A stretch of DNA of 64,000 nt, taken from positions 15,885 to 79,884 of the forward strand of contig JAJECC010000099.1 of NCBI GenBank assembly GCA_022822205.1, given 5' to 3'. Origin of the DNA: Rhodospirillales bacterium. Lineage in GTDB: Bacteria > Pseudomonadota > Alphaproteobacteria > Rhodospirillales > UBA2165. Shown piece after piece: positions 8,351-17,465 of the stretch. Numbering within the stretch: position 1 is the stretch's first letter; every line of letters begins with the position of its first letter. A model generated the notes under the pieces. That model saw nothing but the letters and a program-made list of their open reading frames with translations. It did no database searches and had not been told where the DNA came from. The position numbers and the translations under genes were made by a program.

Positions 8351-8959
8351 TCAATCGCCGCCCGATTTCGACAGCGCCTCGAACGCCTGACCGGCGGCGT
8401 TCAATCGCGGATACTCCTCCGCCGGGACGGGCTTGTCGAGAAACCGGCACAGCGGATCCCAGCCGTCCCCCAAATGATATGTCAGCAGGCGATCTTCCGA
8501 AAAGGCGGCCTGTACGTCGGCGATGTTCTTCTCGTAGACCGCCATCGCGTGCGCCCGGTCGTCCAGCCGGCCGCCGAATGTGAGATTCCCGACGACGACG
8601 GGGCCGACGGATTCGGGGTCCACCGTCTTCATGAAGGGGATGATGGTTTGTTCCATGCTGGCGTACCAGCTCTCGGCGCTTCGCACGGTGAGCACGATTT
8701 TGGCATCGGGATAATGCTCGGCGAGTTCGCGCCAGTAATAGCATGACGGCCAGTCGACCGCGGCGTTGTAACCCTCGAAGACGCGGTCCCAGCCGGGCCG
8801 CGAACCTCCCGCGATGGACCGCCAGAGGTCTTCCTGCTCGGGGTGGTGCAGCAAGTCGCGCATGTGATGGCAGGGACCGAACCCCAATTGTTCGAGGGCG
8901 GCGCGCATGGAATCCGTGCCGGTCCGTCCAAATCCCGCGCCGATGACTGCAAGGCTCAT
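8351..8959 (-). CDS. sulfotransferase family protein
   Basis: 202 aa. The N-terminal PAPS-binding-like motif IGAGFGRTGTDS and the overall pattern are typical of small bacterial sulfotransferases. Confidence 0.6.
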   Translation of the reverse strand: MSLAVIGAGFGRTGTDSMRAALEQLGFGPCHHMRDLLHHPEQEDLWRSIAGGSRPGWDRVFEGYNAAVDWPSCYYWRELAEHYPDAKIVLTVRSAESWYASMEQTIIPFMKTVDPESVGPVVVGNLTFGGRLDDRAHAMAVYEKNIADVQAAFSEDRLLTYHLGDGWDPLCRFLDKPVPAEEYPRLNAAGQAFEALSKSGGD

Positions 8960-9115
8960 GGCTCAGCGTTCTCCCAGAGCATTTCAGGACTACAGATTGA
9001 CCAAGTTCGGGATCAACGGCCAGGCGGCATTCGCCTGATAGTCCAATGATTCATTCCTCAAGTTAATGCCTTATTCTCCCTCTCGTCCACAAGGAGGGAA
9101 ACTTGTCCGGCGTCA

Positions 9116-9796
9116 TCACCCGGACGCGTGCCAAGCGGCGGGTTGACCGGGAGTCTCATGTTCCGGCGGAGGGGCCGGCCCCCACAGTGACGTCATGGCC
9201 CGGTCGGCCCGGTCCAGTTGGCGGCGGAGGAACCGGCGGGTGCGGATTTGGCCGGGGGTGCCGTCCCGCGCCCAGACCAGGAGCGTGGCCAGGAATAGCG
9301 AGGTCAGGCCGATCTCCTCCATCCGCGCCCGCCGGGTCCCGTAACCGGCCGGCAGCATCGCCGCTTCGCGAAGCCAGTGGATGGTTCTCGAGAGATCGAA
9401 GACAGCCGGCACCCAGTGGTGCGGATGCGGAAAGTGCATCTTGCCCTTCAGCATCTCCACCGTGACCCGGCGGTGGGGCGCCAGGGCATCGAACCAGGCG
9501 AGAAGGCAGGTCTCGATGCGCCGCCTCGCGGGCTCCGCGCCGAAATCCGGCTGCTTCGGCGCGATCATCGCCTCCAGCCCGCGCCCGAACCATCCGTTGG
9601 CGACGCCGTCGAGATCGCGGTGGTGCTCGAGGACCCGGCCCGGCGGCACGCCGAGCCGCTCTGCGATATCGTGCATGCGAACGGCCGGCCAGCCCCGCTC
9701 TTCGGCCAGCTCCAAGGCGGCCTCCATGATGTCCGAGGGCAGGTCCCTTTTGCGGCTTTTGCCGGCGCGGCTCCGCGTCGATGCGGCTCGTGCCAT
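9116..9796 (-). CDS. TetR-family transcriptional regulator
   Basis: The track ORF extends to 10027, but that part overlaps the next gene. I use the internal ATG at 9794-9796 (MARAASTR...). HTH region: IMEAALELAEERGWPAVRMHDIAERLGVPPGRV. Confidence 0.65.
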   Translation of the reverse strand: MARAASTRSRAGKSRKRDLPSDIMEAALELAEERGWPAVRMHDIAERLGVPPGRVLEHHRDLDGVANGWFGRGLEAMIAPKQPDFGAEPARRRIETCLLAWFDALAPHRRVTVEMLKGKMHFPHPHHWVPAVFDLSRTIHWLREAAMLPAGYGTRRARMEEIGLTSLFLATLLVWARDGTPGQIRTRRFLRRQLDRADRAMTSLWGPAPPPEHETPGQPAAWHASG

Positions 9797-9809
9797 GATC
9801 GCGGCCGCC

Positions 9810-10472
9810 CTAGACCGGCCCGCCGGCGAGCCAGCGGCGGCCTTCGTCCTTGCAGGCGGCTTCCGCCTCGCTGCCCCGCGAAACGATATTGCCGCCCACG
9901 GACTGCCCGGATTTGGCCAGCCGATAGCACAGGTGGGCGCAGGCCGCCGGGTAGGGCGAGAGGTCGATGTTCTCATGGAATGAGGCGGGCACCTTGCCGG
10001 GCTCCACCGCGTCCATGCGGTCGGCATCGTAGATCATCTTCCACTGAACGATCTTCCAGTCGCCGTCCCGGCGCTCCACCAGATCGTAGAACCGGGCCCA
10101 GGTGGTGGTGTCGAACAGGTGCCCGTCGAGGCGCACCCGCCCGAGGATCATGGCATCGGTCTCGGCGACCGCGCGGTCGCCTTCGATCCAGTACCGCGCG
10201 CCGCCCAGCCAATGCTTGCCGCGCTCGTCCGGCGCCCGCTTGGCGTTGAGTTTCCTGGAGCCTTCGATGAAGCCCGCGACATCGCCCTCGTACCACGAAA
10301 TGCTGATGGTCGCGCCCGGGTGAAAACAGGCCGCGATTTCGTCCCAGTCGCCGTAGTCGCGGCCGAAGGCCCAGCGTTCGCGAAGCCGCCGGATTTCCTG
10401 TTCGTCGGCGAGTTGCCGCGGGTCCATCAGATTGCCGTTCCGCCGTTGCGCCCGTTTGGTGACGGGACCCAT
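9810..10472 (-). CDS. SnoaL-like / NTF2-fold protein
   Basis: 220 aa. The pattern EIRRLRERWAFGRDYGDWDEIAACFHPGA...WKIVQW is typical of the SnoaL_4 type. An alternative start is at 10427. Confidence 0.55.
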   Translation of the reverse strand: MGPVTKRAQRRNGNLMDPRQLADEQEIRRLRERWAFGRDYGDWDEIAACFHPGATISISWYEGDVAGFIEGSRKLNAKRAPDERGKHWLGGARYWIEGDRAVAETDAMILGRVRLDGHLFDTTTWARFYDLVERRDGDWKIVQWKMIYDADRMDAVEPGKVPASFHENIDLSPYPAACAHLCYRLAKSGQSVGGNIVSRGSEAEAACKDEGRRWLAGGPV

Positions 10473-10519
10473 GTTACAGCTTCGCCGGCCCGTTGTGCAG
10501 GATTCAGGGTCCCTCCCGC

Positions 10520-10546
10520 AAAAAAAGGCCGCCGAACGGCGGCCTT
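10520..10546 (-). terminator. rho-independent terminator of rpsD
   Basis: The minus strand reads AAGGCCGCCGTTCGGCGGCCTTTTTTT, a GC stem followed by a T7 run. It lies 25 nt after the rpsD stop. Confidence 0.85.
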
Positions 10547-10571
10547 CTCGTACTCGAACCGGTGGATCCCT

Positions 10572-11186
10572 CTATCGCGAGTAGTACTCGACGACCAGGT
10601 TGGGCTCCATCTGCACCGGGTAGGGGATATCGGCCAACAGGGGCTGGCGGGTAAAGGTGCCGCGCATCCTGTTGTGATCCACCTCCATATAGACCGGCAC
10701 GTCGCGCTCGGGCGAGGCGACCGCGTCCAGCACCATGGGCACTTCGCGGGACTTGTCCTTCACCTCGATGACATCGCCTTCCTTCACCATGTAGGACGGG
10801 ATGTTGACCCGTTTGCCGTTGACCCGGATGTGGCCGTGACTGACGAACTGGCGGGCGGCGAAAACCGTGGGGACGAATTTCATCCGGTAGACCACGGCAT
10901 CCAGGCGGCGCTCCAACAGGCCGACCAGGTTCTCCGAGGTATCCCCCTTGGTGTTGTTGGCCTTCTGGAAGTAGCGGCGGAACTGGCGCTCGCCGATATT
11001 GCCGTAATAGCCCTTCAGCTTCTGCTTGGCCTGCAGCTGCAATCCGAAGTCGGACGGCTTCTTGCGCCGCTGGCCGTGGAGGCCCGGGCCGTATTCGCGC
11101 TTGTTGAAGGGGGATTTGGGGCGTCCCCAGAGATTTACCCGGAGACGGCGGTCGATCTTGTACTTGGCGCGGACGCGCTTGGACAT
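10572..11186 (-). CDS. rpsD: 30S ribosomal protein S4
   Basis: 204 aa: [26 protein letters not shown]...S4 domain...VVEYYSR. Confidence 0.95.
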   Translation of the reverse strand: MSKRVRAKYKIDRRLRVNLWGRPKSPFNKREYGPGLHGQRRKKPSDFGLQLQAKQKLKGYYGNIGERQFRRYFQKANNTKGDTSENLVGLLERRLDAVVYRMKFVPTVFAARQFVSHGHIRVNGKRVNIPSYMVKEGDVIEVKDKSREVPMVLDAVASPERDVPVYMEVDHNRMRGTFTRQPLLADIPYPVQMEPNLVVEYYSR

Positions 11187-11449
11187 GTCTGTCCTCCTTG
11201 GCTCTGCATTTCGTACACGTTCTTAATGTCCCGGTAGGCCCCCTCGGACTGCGGAGCGGGCGGTGACGGATGGTCGGCCACGCGTTCCCGGGAATGAAGC
11301 GCGGGAGTATAGGGATTTCACCTTTGCTGTAAAGGCTTCAGCGGGTAGTAAGAACGGGTCGCCCGAGGGGAGAGGCCCCATGCGCCCGAATGAATTGGAC
11401 TTGGGGCGCACGGACGGGAACACGCCGAGCAAATCGTAGGAACACAATC

Positions 11450-12046
11450 ATGCCAAGACTGGAACCCCTTGACCTGGAAGACTGCCCCGAAGAATCGCGC
11501 CACGCCCTGGAACTGGCGCAAGAGCGCCTGGGCTTCATTCCCAACAGCCTGCGCATCCTTGCCCGCAAGCCGAAAATCCTGGAGGCGTTCTCCAACATGG
11601 CCCACGCTGCCTGGGCGCCGGGATCCGTGGAGCCCTATCTCAAAGGGCTGGTGGCTCATATCGCCAGCCGCTCGGCGGGCTGCGTCTATTGCTCGGCCCA
11701 CACCACGGGCATGGCCATCGAGCGAGGGTCCGGGGCCGAAAAGATCGAACACATCTGGGCGTACGAGACTTCCGGCTTGTTTTCGGATGCCGAGCGTGCG
11801 GCGCTCCGGGTGGCCCAGGGGGCGGCGCTGGCGCCCAACGCCGTTACCGACAAGGACTTTGCGGAACTGAAGAAGCACTGGACCGGCGAGCAGATCGTCG
11901 AAATCCTCGCCATTATCTCGGTGTTCGGGTTCCTCAACCGCTGGAACGACACATTGGCGACGCCGCTGGAGGATGGCCCGAAAGACCTGGGCGAAAAGCA
12001 CCTGTCGGGCTGGGGCTGGGAGGCCGGCAAGCACGCCGCGGCGTAG
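11450..12046 (+). CDS. carboxymuconolactone decarboxylase / AhpD-like family protein
   Basis: The track ORF starts at 11390. I prefer ATG 11450 because AGGA lies upstream. The CxxC-type motif AGCVYCSAHT fits AhpD-like proteins. Confidence 0.65.
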   Translation: MPRLEPLDLEDCPEESRHALELAQERLGFIPNSLRILARKPKILEAFSNMAHAAWAPGSVEPYLKGLVAHIASRSAGCVYCSAHTTGMAIERGSGAEKIEHIWAYETSGLFSDAERAALRVAQGAALAPNAVTDKDFAELKKHWTGEQIVEILAIISVFGFLNRWNDTLATPLEDGPKDLGEKHLSGWGWEAGKHAAA

Positions 12047-12105
12047 GTGCGACGGCCGGGCGGGGCCGACAATTCGGGTTGGCGGTATTGAGGGACGGGT
12101 AATTC

Positions 12106-12699
12106 TTACTCGGCCTCGAGTTCCGTATCCCAGTAGAGAAAGTCGCGCCAGTCCTCGTGAAGGTAATTGGGCGGGAATCCCCGCCCGATTTCCTGCAACT
12201 GGTAGTTGGTTGGCTGCACCGGCTTGGCGTGCAGCCTCATCCCCGCGTCTTTCAGCGACTTGTTGCCTTTCCGGAGATTGCACACGCCGCAGGCGGTGAC
12301 CACGTTGGTCCACCGGGTCACGCCGCCCTTGGACCGCGGCACAACGTGGTCGAAGGTCAGCTCCGGGGTCGGGAACCCGGAGTTGCAATACTGACAGGCG
12401 AACCGGTCGCGGAGGAACACGTTGAACCGGGTGAAGGCCGGGCGCCGGTTGAGGTGGATATATTCCTTGAGCGCGATGACGCTCGGCAGCCGCATTTCCC
12501 AGCTCGGGCTGTGAATGGTCTGGTCATATTCGGAGACCACGTTGACCCGTTCGAGGAACACCGCCTTGACCGCGTCCTGCCAGGACCAGAGCGACAGGGG
12601 AAAGTAGTTGAGCGGCCGGAAATCGGCGTTCAATACAAGGGCTGGGCAGTTCTCCAAGGCGCCAGACACAATATATTCCCCCCTATCGCCGACGAGCAT
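12106..12699 (-). CDS. HNH endonuclease family protein
   Basis: 197 aa. Motif CQYCNSG...LTFDHVVPRSKGG...NVVTACGVCNLRKGNK (HNH with a Cys4 zinc finger). Confidence 0.8.
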   Translation of the reverse strand: MLVGDRGEYIVSGALENCPALVLNADFRPLNYFPLSLWSWQDAVKAVFLERVNVVSEYDQTIHSPSWEMRLPSVIALKEYIHLNRRPAFTRFNVFLRDRFACQYCNSGFPTPELTFDHVVPRSKGGVTRWTNVVTACGVCNLRKGNKSLKDAGMRLHAKPVQPTNYQLQEIGRGFPPNYLHEDWRDFLYWDTELEAE

Positions 12700-12869
12700 A
12701 GCCGATGAGGTATGTATTTCAACCGCTTAAGCGACATCCCGGGGACGGCTGTGTGAACCCTTGATGACAATCCGCGGGACGCGGTCCCAAGGGCGCGACC
12801 AGCGTTAGGAAATGACCGGAATTTGACTGGCCCGCCGCTCGGCGGCGGATTCGACGGGAACGATATTTA

Positions 12870-13529
12870 TCAGGCGAACACCCGGGCCAGAAACTCGCAG
12901 CCCAATTCGATGCCCACCGGATCGATGGAGTGCCCGAGGCCGGGGCGGATGTGGCCCTCCACCTCGATGCCCACGTCTCTCAGGGCGCTGACCGCCGCCG
13001 GCTGTACGGAGGCGGGGATCAACTCGTCCTGATCGCCGTTGATCAGCGTGACCGGCGGCTTGACGGAAATCTCGTCCGCCAGGATTCCGGCGCCGACCAG
13101 GCGGCCCGAATAGCCGAGGATGCCGGCCACCGGCTGATCCCGGCGCAGGCCCGCGAACAGGGACATCATGGTGCCTTGGGAGAACCCGACCAGCGCCGTG
13201 TCGGCCGGGCCCAGTCCAAGGGCCGCCATTTGTTCATCGATGAACTTGTCGAGGATCGGCCGGGCCATGCGCGCCCCTTCGAGGACCGCCTCGTCGGTCC
13301 GGTCCTGCAGCGAAAACCACTGATATCCCATGGGCGCCATGTCGCAGGGGAACGGCGCGTTGGGGGAGACGAACTTCGCGTCCGGCAGCACCCGCGCGAA
13401 ATAGGGCGCGAGACCGATCAGATCGTTGCCGTCGGCGCCGAGGCCGTGCAGCAGCAAGACGAGTTGCCGCGGCGTGCGCCCGCCGGCGGGCCCCGAACTT
13501 GGGCCGGTGAGTTGCGGAAGGTCGCTCAT
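12870..13529 (-). CDS. phospholipase/carboxylesterase family alpha/beta hydrolase
   Basis: Motifs LLLHGLGADGNDL and GFSQG (nucleophile elbow). The start is uncertain: 13529, 13538 or 13568. I prefer 13529 because AGGA lies 11 nt upstream. Confidence 0.75.
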   Translation of the reverse strand: MSDLPQLTGPSSGPAGGRTPRQLVLLLHGLGADGNDLIGLAPYFARVLPDAKFVSPNAPFPCDMAPMGYQWFSLQDRTDEAVLEGARMARPILDKFIDEQMAALGLGPADTALVGFSQGTMMSLFAGLRRDQPVAGILGYSGRLVGAGILADEISVKPPVTLINGDQDELIPASVQPAAVSALRDVGIEVEGHIRPGLGHSIDPVGIELGCEFLARVFA

Positions 13530-13588
13530 TATGGCCATGATCCTACCGACAATGACCCGGCTCCCCAAGGGAAACCGAATTCCGAATC

Positions 13589-14485
13589 ATGAACCCGCCC
13601 GAAACCCGGACCGTCACCCGATTTGCTCCGTCGCCGACGGGATTGCTCCATCTCGGGACCGCCTATTCGGCGATGTATGCCTATGACGCCGCCAAGTCGG
13701 CCGGCGGCCGGTTTCTGGTGCGCATCGAGGATATCGACCAGGGGCGCTGCCGGCCCGAGTTCGAAGACGCCATCCTCGAAGATTTGGCGTGGCTGGGCCT
13801 GACCTGGGAAGAGCCGGTGCGCCGTCAGTCCGGCCATTTCGCCGACTACCGGGCGGCGTTGGACAGGCTGGCGGCGGCGGGCCTGCTCTATCCCTGCTTC
13901 TGTACCCGGGCCGACATCGCCGCCGAGATCGAGGCGTCCCTTCAGGAGCCGGGGCGGCGGACGGCGGCGTTCCACGGGCCCGACGGGTTCATCTATCCGG
14001 GCATCTGCCGGGCGCTGTCGGCGGATGAGGCGGCGGGGCGCGTGGCGGCGGGCGAGGCCCATGCGCTCAGGCTGAATACCGGCGCGGCGGCCGCGGCGGC
14101 GGGGCCGCTGACCTGGGAGGATGCGCGGGCCGGCGGGCAGGCCGCGACACCGGAGATATTCGGCGACGTGGTTTTGGCCCGCAAGGATACGCCGACCAGC
14201 TACCATCTGTCGGTCTCGCTCGACGATCACCTGCAAGGCGTCACCCGGGCGACCCGCGGCAGGGACGTGTTCGCCTCGACCCATGTGCATCGGCTGCTGC
14301 AGGCGCTGCTCGGCCTCGATACGCCGCTCTACGATCATCACGCCGTATTGACCGCCGAGGATGGCCGAAAGCTCTCCAAACGTGATAAATCCGAGACCAT
14401 CCGCGGCTTGCGCGATGACGGCCACTCGGCCGAAGCCATATGGAACATGGCCATGGCGCACGCCGCGGCGGAGGAGACCGCATGA
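13589..14485 (+). CDS. gluQ: glutamyl-Q tRNA(Asp) synthetase
   Basis: 298 aa. Truncated GluRS-like catalytic domain: RFAPSPTGLLHLGTAYSA, CFCTR...C zinc site, KLSKR. Confidence 0.85.
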   Translation: MNPPETRTVTRFAPSPTGLLHLGTAYSAMYAYDAAKSAGGRFLVRIEDIDQGRCRPEFEDAILEDLAWLGLTWEEPVRRQSGHFADYRAALDRLAAAGLLYPCFCTRADIAAEIEASLQEPGRRTAAFHGPDGFIYPGICRALSADEAAGRVAAGEAHALRLNTGAAAAAAGPLTWEDARAGGQAATPEIFGDVVLARKDTPTSYHLSVSLDDHLQGVTRATRGRDVFASTHVHRLLQALLGLDTPLYDHHAVLTAEDGRKLSKRDKSETIRGLRDDGHSAEAIWNMAMAHAAAEETA

Positions 14486-15255
14486 GCCGAGGCGCATTTC
14501 TGGGGTTGGGACTGCTCCTGTTGCTGGCGGGGCCGGCGGCGGCCGAGCCGTTCAAATTCATCCGCATCGGCGATGTGGACGGCTTCGGCTTCGAAAATCC
14601 GCAGGCCCTCGCCCGGGCATCCCGGCTTGGCCCGGCGCCCCGGGCCGATACCAATGGCGACGGCGTCCTCCGCCCCGGTGAATTTCTCCCCGACCTCAAC
14701 CGGGATGGGGTGGTCGCCGTTTTCTCCGACGACAATTTCGACAACCGGGACGCAAACGAGATCCGCGACGTGAACAATGCCTGCGCCGGGTGCAGGAAGA
14801 TCGGCATCCGGACCCGGGGATCCAACTGGACCGATCTGGCGATCTCGGCCTCGCAGGCCGGCCGCCATTGGCCGGATGCGGATGGGCCGGTCACGCCCAA
14901 CAACGCGACGTTCGTTTTCGATTTCGTCGTCGGCAAGGACCGGATCGCGCCCGGCGGGACCCTGTTCTTCAATTTGGTCTTCGGCGATTACGATATCGAC
15001 CCGGCGATCGTCCAGGTGGCCTTTGCCAACGGCAAGGTCCGTAATCTGCCGCTGCGCAATCTGCGGGACGGCCCGTTCGACAATTCCCGCGACGGCCTGA
15101 TCGACGCGGCGACGGCCCATCTGCCCTTCGAGGACGTGTTCACCCGGAACGAGGAGGGCGATTGGCATGGTTTCGTCACCGTCGTCTTCGTGGCACCCTT
15201 CGAGCCTTACACGACATTCGATTACGTCGAGATATCCATATTTCAGATTGCGTAA
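14482..15255 (+). CDS. secreted hypothetical protein with an EF-hand-type Ca-binding loop
   Basis: ATG 14482 overlaps the gluQ stop (ATGA). Signal peptide MSRGAFLGLGLLLLLAGPAAA. A canonical 12-residue loop DTNGDGVLRPGE lies at 14647-14682. I recognise no other family. Confidence 0.55.
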   Translation: MSRGAFLGLGLLLLLAGPAAAEPFKFIRIGDVDGFGFENPQALARASRLGPAPRADTNGDGVLRPGEFLPDLNRDGVVAVFSDDNFDNRDANEIRDVNNACAGCRKIGIRTRGSNWTDLAISASQAGRHWPDADGPVTPNNATFVFDFVVGKDRIAPGGTLFFNLVFGDYDIDPAIVQVAFANGKVRNLPLRNLRDGPFDNSRDGLIDAATAHLPFEDVFTRNEEGDWHGFVTVVFVAPFEPYTTFDYVEISIFQIA

Positions 15256-15266
15256 AGGAGAGGATC

Positions 15267-15872
15267 ATGCGGTTCATTGGTTTGGGAATTCTGGCCGGGT
15301 TGCTGGTCTGGTCCGCCGATGCGGCGGCTCAGCGCAATGCGCCGGCGCCCAAGAACAACGCCGACAAGGGCGTTTACCTGAAGGCGGCGCTGCCGCTGGA
15401 CGAGCCGCGCCATCACTGCCTGGATATTCCGGGGCACGGCGGCCGGGTCAATGTGGCGCGCCCGCTCACGGTTCATACCTGCAAGGAGGGTATCTGGAAC
15501 CTGGACGAACGGTTCGTGCGCAACACCATCGACAACGGCGAGCTGCGCATGCCCCAGTACGATCTCTGCGTGGCGGCGGAAGAGCCCAAGGCGGGCGCCA
15601 GGCTGGTGCTGGTCCAATGCGGCTCCACGCCGCTCGCGGGTTGGGAATACAAGGAGGCGCGCCTCACGCTGACCGGTCATCCGGCGCTCTGCATGACCAT
15701 CGGCCCGGAGCCCTCGGAACTGACGCCGGGCGGGCGGCGGCTGCCCTCCCGCAACATGTCCCGCTCGGTGGGGATGGATACCTGTTCGGAGGACGCGATC
15801 GAGCGTCAGCTCTGGACCTTCGCCGACCCGCTGCCGATTTCGCGTCCGCTCATGCCCCCGAAGGGGAAGTAG
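15267..15872 (+). CDS. secreted ricin-type beta-trefoil lectin-like protein
   Basis: ATG 15267 follows AAAGGAGAGG. Signal peptide MRFIGLGILAGLLVWSADAAAQ. Cys pairs repeat, with a Q-x-W motif (RQLWTF) and a related GWEY. Confidence 0.55.
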   Translation: MRFIGLGILAGLLVWSADAAAQRNAPAPKNNADKGVYLKAALPLDEPRHHCLDIPGHGGRVNVARPLTVHTCKEGIWNLDERFVRNTIDNGELRMPQYDLCVAAEEPKAGARLVLVQCGSTPLAGWEYKEARLTLTGHPALCMTIGPEPSELTPGGRRLPSRNMSRSVGMDTCSEDAIERQLWTFADPLPISRPLMPPKGK

Positions 15873-15902
15873 AGCAGTCCACCGGCGGCATTTCCCGCCG
15901 TC

Positions 15903-16751
15903 TCAGGCGTCCCGGCGCAAGCCTCTCAGCAGGGCGAGATAGTCCGGGTGTTCCGGCGGCAGCACGCCATGACGGATGAGGAAGTCGATAATCACCAGGT
16001 TGCAGTTGAACTTGAACGCGAATTGGTTGTCGACGATCCCCGCGACCTCTTCGATCGGCAGCCGCTCGAAAGACGCGGTTTCACCGTCCGTGTTCCTCGG
16101 AACGAAGTCGTCGGGCAGTTCCAGGTCATAGCAGAACATGGTGTCCGGCTTCACCCCGTCGGCCGTTTCCATGACATAGGAGATGGCGCCGACGGCGCGG
16201 GCGGCGGCGGCCAGTCCCGGCGGCACGCCGGCCTCCTCGCCGCACTCCTTGATCACGTTCTCCATCAACCCGAGGCCCGCCGGTTGTCCGCCGGCCGCCA
16301 TATTGTCCAGCATCCCCGGACAGACCGCGCGGTCGCCGCTGCGCCGGCCGATCCACATGTCGAGCCCGCCGCCGGCGCGCCTGACATAGCCGTTGATATG
16401 CACCCCGAACGCCCGCACGCCGAAGCGGGGCACCGCGGCGCGCTCCATCTCGAAGAAGGGTTCGCGGCCCCACGCCGTCAGCACGGGGTAGGTCTCGTCC
16501 CGCCAGGGCAGGCCGAGGCCCTTGTCCTGCATGTCGGCGAGAACGTCCGCGACCGTACGGCTCAATTCTTCATACGGCGCGGGTGACAGCCGGACGCCTT
16601 CGGCATCGATATGGAACACGTGAGGGTAGTTGGCCAGCCTGGAGGCGAAGCCGTCGCCGATATGTCCGACCTGCGTGCGGTCCACGACGAACGGAAGATA
16701 GCCGCGGCCCGAGAAGTTGTTGCAGGCCGCGATATGGTCGAGAAAACTCAT
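15903..16751 (-). CDS. NUDIX hydrolase with N-terminal extension
   Basis: 282 aa. Nudix box-like segment GGQPAGLGLMENVIKECGEEAGV. Confidence 0.7.
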   Translation of the reverse strand: MSFLDHIAACNNFSGRGYLPFVVDRTQVGHIGDGFASRLANYPHVFHIDAEGVRLSPAPYEELSRTVADVLADMQDKGLGLPWRDETYPVLTAWGREPFFEMERAAVPRFGVRAFGVHINGYVRRAGGGLDMWIGRRSGDRAVCPGMLDNMAAGGQPAGLGLMENVIKECGEEAGVPPGLAAAARAVGAISYVMETADGVKPDTMFCYDLELPDDFVPRNTDGETASFERLPIEEVAGIVDNQFAFKFNCNLVIIDFLIRHGVLPPEHPDYLALLRGLRRDA

Positions 16752-16906
16752 GGCCCGGCCTCAGACAATATTCTGCGTCCATTGTCAAACCCGTGCGTCC
16801 AAAGGGGCGGACGGGCAACAAGGGAAACCGGTTATAAGACGGCAACTTGCCCTGAGCGCGGATGATCCGGAGGCCGCGACGGCCTGTTGCGCCAAGCTGT
16901 TCGGGC

Positions 16907-17272
16907 TCAGGCGGCCTCTTCGCGCCTGCGGTTCTTGGTGTTGGCCACGTAGGCAATCTTGCAGTGGGCCTGGCAATATGGCTTGCCCGGAACGGCCGGT
17001 TCGCCGCAGAAACGGAAATCCTCCGATCCCGGATCGCCCACCGGCCACGAACACATATTGGTGCCCAGCCGGTCGAGGGTGACCACGTTGACTTCGATCT
17101 TCACCGGCGCCGGCGCCCGGCGCATGGCGAGATCGAGCCGCCGCACCTTGCCGACGACGGCGTTCTTGGTGATGCCCAGCCGGCGGCCGATTTCACTGGC
17201 CGACAACCCGGTATCCCACATCTTCTTGAGCTCTTCGACGCGTTCGTCAGTCCATTCAAAGGGTGTGGTCAT
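16907..17272 (-). CDS. gcrA: GcrA cell-cycle regulator
   Basis: 121 aa. N-terminus WTDERVEELKKMWDTGLSASEIGRRLGITKNAVVGKVRRL. C-terminus CSWPVGDPGSEDFRFCGEPAVPGKPYCQAHCKIAY. Confidence 0.9.
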   Translation of the reverse strand: MTTPFEWTDERVEELKKMWDTGLSASEIGRRLGITKNAVVGKVRRLDLAMRRAPAPVKIEVNVVTLDRLGTNMCSWPVGDPGSEDFRFCGEPAVPGKPYCQAHCKIAYVANTKNRRREEAA

Positions 17273-17280
17273 GTGGATCG
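17272..17280 (-). promoter_or_regulatory. DnaA-box-like 9-mer at the gcrA start
   Basis: TGTGGATCG on the plus strand, which reads CGATCCACA on the gcrA strand. It abuts the ATG. The identical 9-mer recurs at 33732-33740. Confidence 0.35.
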
Positions 17281-17444
17281 GTTCCTCTGTTCAGCGTTGT
17301 TGTCCCGCCCCTCGGACCGATCCCTCGCCGCGAAACCCCGGAATTCCGCCGTTTAATGATTATCTTGCCCGGTGAGCGTCAAATTTTGTACTATATATAG
17401 CGGTTACGCTGCAAGGTCTTACCCAGATTTAGTGGGAAATTTCC

Positions 17445-17453
17445 TGTGGATAG
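17445..17453 (-). promoter_or_regulatory. DnaA-box-like 9-mer upstream of gcrA
   Basis: TGTGGATAG on the plus strand, which reads CTATCCACA on the gcrA strand (8/9 to TTATCCACA). It lies about 175 nt upstream of gcrA. The identical 9-mer recurs at 33664-33672. Confidence 0.45.
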
Positions 17454-17465
17454 TTCTTCCGGGCT

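Noticed and set aside
6855-8390. 511-aa plus-strand ORF running across four genes
   Set aside because: It is out of frame with DUF1826, the MsrQ-like gene and the PepSY-like gene. The extreme Arg/Pro/Gly content marks a GC-driven open frame, not a gene.
12106-12699. HNH endonuclease as part of a restriction or defence system
   Set aside because: It is a solitary gene with no methylase, helicase or other partner. It is flanked by housekeeping-type genes with normal GC, consistent with a conserved orphan HNH protein.
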